This document shows positions 54,791-64,000 of a stretch of DNA of 64,000 nt, one piece after another (position 1 is the stretch's first letter; the number at the start of each line of letters is the position of its first letter). Position numbers and translations under genes: made by a program. Origin of the DNA: the human T2T-CHM13v2.0 reference genome, Homo sapiens; the NCBI RefSeq assembly GCF_009914755.1, contig NC_060939.1; one strand, 5' to 3'. Below the pieces are notes generated by a model. That model was given only the letters and a program-made list of their open reading frames with translations. It was not told the DNA's origin and searched no databases.

Positions 54791-55188
54791 TCACATCTGA
54801 AAATAAACTGGCCAATAAATGTGTTTCCTTCTGTGCATCTACTTTCCACGAGGCTTCATATTCAATCCACCACCTTTTTAGCCACATTTTCTCTTCTGCT
54901 GTTTGTGCTAGAAGTTGTTGCTGTTGGGCTTCTCTGTGTTTTGCCATAAATTGGAGCAAGTTCCAAGCACCAACTACCTTCCTCTTCTCATTTTCTGCTG
55001 CTTTTGCAAGTTGGTCCACAGGCTCAATTAAACCACCAACTATTTCTGAAATGGACTGATTTTGCCCACAAAATCCATGCAGTCTTCCTTGGGGTCCCTG
55101 GTCTGCTACGTAACCTCAGGGTCCCGCACCCAGGCTTGCTCAGCTCATCAAAACACAGTCCTGCTTCACCCAGGCTGTCCTGGCCTGT
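54791..55188 (-). pseudogene. IFT20: Processed pseudogene of IFT20 (intraflagellar transport 20), old and diverged
   Basis: Frames give QDSLGEAGLCFDELSK (cf. AKDILGEAGLHFDELNK) and DQLAKAAENEKRKVVGAWNLLQFMAKHREAQQQQLLAQTAEEKMWLKRWWIEYEA, ending FIGQFIF..* (cf. FIDQFIFQK*). Intronless, start ATG lost, frameshifts present. Confidence 0.9.
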
Positions 55189-55656
55189 TTCCCTTCCAGC
55201 TTCCCCGCAGAAGAGTGATTCTGCTCTGCAGGGTGACAGTGGCGGCCAGAGGAGGTGTGTCATCGGAAAGAAAAAAGTCTGCTTGATTGTCACAGGGACC
55301 GTTCACTTAACACGTATTTCTCGAGTGTGTGAGCATCTAGTCAATGCTGCTAGATGCCAGAGAGGCAAAGATGACTGCACTTGGTCCTAGCCCCTTGGAG
55401 CACCTTGTCTGGCACTGGCCCCACTGCTGCAGCCCTGGCTGAGGTCAGCAGGCTGCTCTCCCTCAAGTCAGTGGCCACCAGAGCCTTACCTGCCAGCCCT
55501 GTCTGCCACCATGGCTGCTGGGCCTCCCTCAAGCTTATTTTTGATGTCTATATTGTGGGTCAAATTATAAGAGGCTTTAAAAGGATGAGTGTAAATGGAG
55601 GTGTCTGTCCCCTAATGGGTGCCCAGAGGAATTTTTCCATGTCAGGTAAGGATACC

Positions 55657-55953
55657 TTTTTTTCTGAGGCAGGGTCTCACTCTGTCTCCCAGGCTGGAGT
55701 GCAAAGGGCGATCACAGCTCACTGCAGCCTCGACCTCCCAGGCTCAAGCAATCCTCCCACCTTTGCTTCCTGAGTAGCTGGGACTACAGGTGCTTGCCAT
55801 CACAGCCAGCTAATTTTTTTTTTTTTTTTTGTATGTTTTTGTAGAGATGGGATTTCACCATGTTGCCCAGGCTGGTCTTAAACTCAGCTCAAGCTATCTG
55901 GCCCCCTCTGCCTCCCAAAGTGCTGGGATTACAGGCGTGAGCCACTGCGCCTC
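55657..55953 (-). mobile_element. Alu (J-like)
   Basis: Antisense Alu. Confidence 0.9.
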
Positions 55954-56059
55954 GCCCACCCGCCCCCCACCCCCCGACTTCTTTCTTTTTAAACATTTTT
56001 TTAAACTTCTCTCTTTTTAAACATGCACACTCACTCCACCCAAGCCTCTGAAGACAGAA

Positions 56060-56880
<821 letters not shown>

Positions 56881-57134
56881 TTTTTAATTAAGAGATGTGT
56901 GCCAATTTTGGCAAATTTGTCAAAAATTTTGAAGAAAGTTTTTCTCAGTGAATATGAATATATTCCACTTGTGAATCTATTCACAGACTATGGGCTTGCT
57001 GGAACCTAAGAGTCATCGAGTAGTTTAGACTTCTTATCAATAGATTTTTATTTATATTCATAAGAGTATATTCTTGAATATATTTACTAATGCATTCATT
57101 AACAGTATATATTCGTATTCATTGAAAACATTAA

Positions 57135-57473
<339 letters not shown>

Positions 57474-57809
57474 TAGAATATTTCATAAATGTAGCAAATT
57501 GGCTTTAGGGAACTTTTTCTGCTTCCAGCATTCAGCAGCTATTTGAAGGGTTTTGGAAGCAAAGGAATGGAGGGAGACAGGACGGCACCCTGAGGGAGAC
57601 GCAGGGCTGAACGGAGCTGTTCGGGGATAGCTGTGGCTTGAGTGGGTCTGTTGGCTGAAAGGAGGGATTCGTTGAAGAAGGAGCAATGGACGAGGTGAGA
57701 GAGAGGATACTGGATGGAACCAGGTTTCAGAGGAGGCTGATGGGAGAATGTGAGGAGCACCAAAGCGAGCCTTAGGAAAAAGAAGTTCAGACAGACAGAC
57801 ACTTCGGTA

Positions 57810-58250
57810 AACCACAGCTCCCAGTATTCACCACTGTGTGTAGTCTCCTCCCACACTGACTCTGGGCTTGGTCAGCTGACAAGCTTTGGCCAATAGGGCT
57901 CTAGCAAGAAGATGCCAGCAGAGGCTTGAAAAGTGCCTACCCCTGGCCTGGGATGCTTCCTCCTGGGATGCTCCCACTTGGAACCCAACTATTGTGCTGC
58001 AGAAGTTTAACTTAACTGTGTAAGGAGGCCAAGAGGAGGCCCTGGCTGCCAGCCAGCATCAACTTCCAGTGACGTGAGTGTGCCATTCTGGAACTGGATC
58101 CTGCAGCCTCGGTGGAGCAGCCTCAGCTGATGCCATGTGGAACAGAGATGAACTGCCGCTGCCGAGCTCTGCCCACGTTGCAGAATCATGAGCAAATGTG
58201 AGTTTTGTGGTTTTAAGCCACGAAGTTTAGAGGTGGTTTGCAATAGAATG
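57810..58250 (+). mobile_element. MLT1 LTR
   Basis: 'ctttggccaatagg...ccagccagcatcaacttccag...ggttttaagccacgaagtttagaggtggtttg'. Confidence 0.65.
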
Positions 58251-58914
58251 GAGGGGACTGCTTTTCTTCTGAGTTTCGGATTGAATTCTGCTTTACTATA
58301 ACTTATTTATTATATATTTGTAACAATTCTGTCTCCACCCATCAGTATTCACCCGCCTAAGGGCACAGAGGCACCAGGACTCTGGGAACCTTCCTTGATG
58401 TCTGGATCTACTGCAGTGACTCTTAGTGCAGCAGTTAAAAGCCAGACTGTCCTAGTGTGAATCCGGCCTTGGCTATTCATTGGCTGGAAGACCTGAGCCA
58501 AGCCTGTGCCTCTGTCCGGGCATCTGGGTAGATGTCCTAGGAGTCCACTAAGAAGAAAACTGAGGCCAGTGAGAGGCAGAGTTGAGGCAAGGCGCAACTC
58601 TATTCCCCTGCTGGGGAAAGCAGCTCTGCCCCTCGGTCTGCCCTGCTGACCAGGCATGACACACCACCTCATCAGCAGGGCCCACGGCACCCAGACCTGG
58701 CCTGGAGGGGCTGAGACAGCATTGCTAGGGGTCAGATGGTCACAGAATAAGCAACCTGAGACCTGGAAGGGCATAAGCATCTTCCCCTACCTGGAATCAG
58801 AGGCATAGCTGAGGTCAAACATCAGGGCAGGAGGGCCTGGAGGGGGTCGGAACCAGAGGTCACCCGGGTGTTTGGTTGGGAGGGGCGTCCATCTTTATCT
58901 TATCCATCACCATC

Positions 58915-59175
58915 ACCATTATTGCTAAACATACAGTGAGCATTACTATGTGCCGAGCACTCATCTAAGCCCTTTATACTTCTAAACTTCTAAACTTATC
59001 CTCATAGCCACTTTTGGACACCAGTACATTATTGTCTCCACATCATAGCTGAGGACTCAAGGGACAGAGGGGTTTTGTAACCTGCTGAAGAACATGCAGC
59101 AGCTGCATAGCATAGCCAGGATTTGAACCCTGGCAGCCTGGATCCAGAGCCTGCTTAGGACCACTCAGTGACACT
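58915..59175 (-). mobile_element. MIR
   Basis: 'gagcattactatgtgccgagcac...gccaggatttgaaccctggcagcctggatccagagcc'. Confidence 0.7.
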
Positions 59176-59449
59176 ATTGAGGATTTCAGCCACCTTCTCC
59201 ATAACACTATAGTCTTGCTTTTACCCTACTCCCTCAAACATCTTTTTACCAGGTCAACATTAGCTTAAAAACTGAGACACTTTTCTTATTGAAGCACATG
59301 CTCCAAGTACACCCTCTCTGCTCCCCAATTAGACCATCATTCCTGCCTTCCCTCCGTCTTATCTCTTCTAAATCCTTACACCGAGTGCCACCTCCTCCAT
59401 GAAGATTTCCTGTCCTGGTTACTTCCCACCTGGAAATTTATACCTTCTC

Positions 59450-59484
59450 TCTTTCTTTTTTATTTCCTTTTCTTTCTTTCTTTC

Positions 59485-59519
<35 letters not shown>

Positions 59520-59856
59520 TTTTGGAGACTTTTTGTTTTTTCTTTTCTTTTTCGAGACAGAGTCTTGCTCTGTCGCCCAGACTGGAGTACAGTGGGGTGA
59601 TCTTGGCTCACTCTAGCCTCTGCCTCCCGGGTTCAAGTGACTCTCATGCCTCAGCCTCCCAAGTAGCTGGGACTACAGGTGTGTGCCACAAAGCCTGGCT
59701 AATTTTTTTTTTCTTTTTTTCTTTTTTTGCATTTTTAGTAGAGGTAAGGTTTCACTGTGTTGGCCAGGCTGGCCTCAAGCTCCTGGCCTCAAGTGATCCA
59801 CCCGCCTCAACTTCCCAAAGTGCTGGTATTACAGGCATAAGCCACGGCGCTCGGCC
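59450..59856 (-). mobile_element. Alu with extended (TTTA)n/T-rich tail
   Basis: Antisense Alu; TSD tataccttct. Confidence 0.88.
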
Positions 59857-60166
59857 TATACCTTCTTTCTTAATTTGCCCAGCACCATTTGTTTCCTCCA
59901 CTAGTACATATTCCACGGCTTGCCGTAATCTGCTTTGATGCCTATGCTGACCACTGGGATGAGCCCCAGGGGCCCTCCCTTCACCATTCTGACAAATGTT
60001 CTTCCCAAAACCATGGGAGTAGCTAGGAAAAGGTAACCAACAGGGCTGTGGAGAAGACAGACAGAAGTAAGACATACAGTCCCTCAGAAGGTGGCAGCCA
60101 ACCCTGCCTGAGCTCTTCTAGCACCCTAGGGGGGCAAGTTTGCTTTCAGCAGAAGAGCTGGGGTTT

Positions 60167-60323
60167 GGGCTGGGCATGGTGGCTCATGCCTGTAGTCCCA
60201 GCTACTGAGGAGGCTGAGGTGGGAGGATTACTTTAGCCCAGGAATTCAAGGTTAGGGTGAGCTATCTTTGTGCCACTGCACTTCAGCCTGGGCAACAGAT
60301 CAAGACCCTATCTCTTTTTTAAA
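60167..60323 (+). mobile_element. Alu monomer (right-arm/FRAM-like)
   Basis: Single monomer followed by the GA tract. Confidence 0.8.
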
Positions 60324-60668
60324 GAAGAAGAAGAAGGAGGAGGAGGAGAAGGAGAAGGAGAAGGAGAGGAAGAAGGGGGAGGGGGAGGAAAAGAAAGAGG
60401 AAGGAGGAAGAGGAGGGAGGAGGGGAAGGGAAAGAGGAAGGAGGAGGAGAGGAAGAGGAAGAAAAGAAGAAGAGGAAGAAGGAGGAGGAGAGGAGGAGGA
60501 GACGAGGAGGCGGAAGGAGGAGGAGGAGGAGGAAGGAGAAGGAGGAGGAGGAGAGGGAGGAGGAGAAGGAGGAGGGGGAGGAGGAGGAGAGGAGGAGGAA
60601 GAGGAGGGAGAAGGAGGAGGGGGAGAAGGAGGAGGAGGAAGAGGAGAAGAAGAAGGAGGAGGAGGAGA
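60321..60668. repeat. GA-rich (GAA/GGA)n polypurine tract grown from an Alu tail
   Basis: About 345 nt almost exclusively A/G. Confidence 0.95.
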
Positions 60669-60764
60669 TCTAGAGTTGAAGGCAATCTACAAGGTATATC
60701 AGCTTGGGATAAATATTTTGATATATTCATCTATGAGTTTTGTTCCCCTCCTCTTTGTATTTTT

Positions 60765-64000
<3,236 letters not shown>

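Overview
This is primate (human-like) euchromatic DNA made up mostly of interspersed repeats, with no intact protein-coding gene or structural RNA gene that I can support. It holds about 55 Alus, a dense and deeply nested cluster of ERV1 solo LTRs (about 2.2-29.5 kb), a full-length LTR12C/D-type LTR, MaLR LTRs, old L1M/L2/MIR/CR1(L3) pieces, hAT and TcMar DNA transposon fossils, and the 3' 3.2 kb of a young L1PA element running off the right edge. There are two processed pseudogenes on the minus strand: a CAPZA2 retrocopy with poly(A) and TSD inside an LTR8-type element, and an older IFT20 retrocopy. Almost all ORF-track entries are Alu, L1 or low-complexity artefacts. I found no convincing novel biological system. 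The most interesting signals are (1) the CAPZA2 retrocopy, which appears to record an unusual splice isoform, (2) an orphan CpG/ETS-rich promoter-like patch partly built from a CpG-retaining MER5, (3) several mechanistic footprints (twin-primed L1, micro-inversion with fold-back, templated L1 duplication), and (4) one ancient CR1 element split over about 13 kb. Repeat subfamily names come from my recall of consensus sequences and need RepeatMasker/Dfam confirmation. Boundaries are approximate unless TSDs are quoted.
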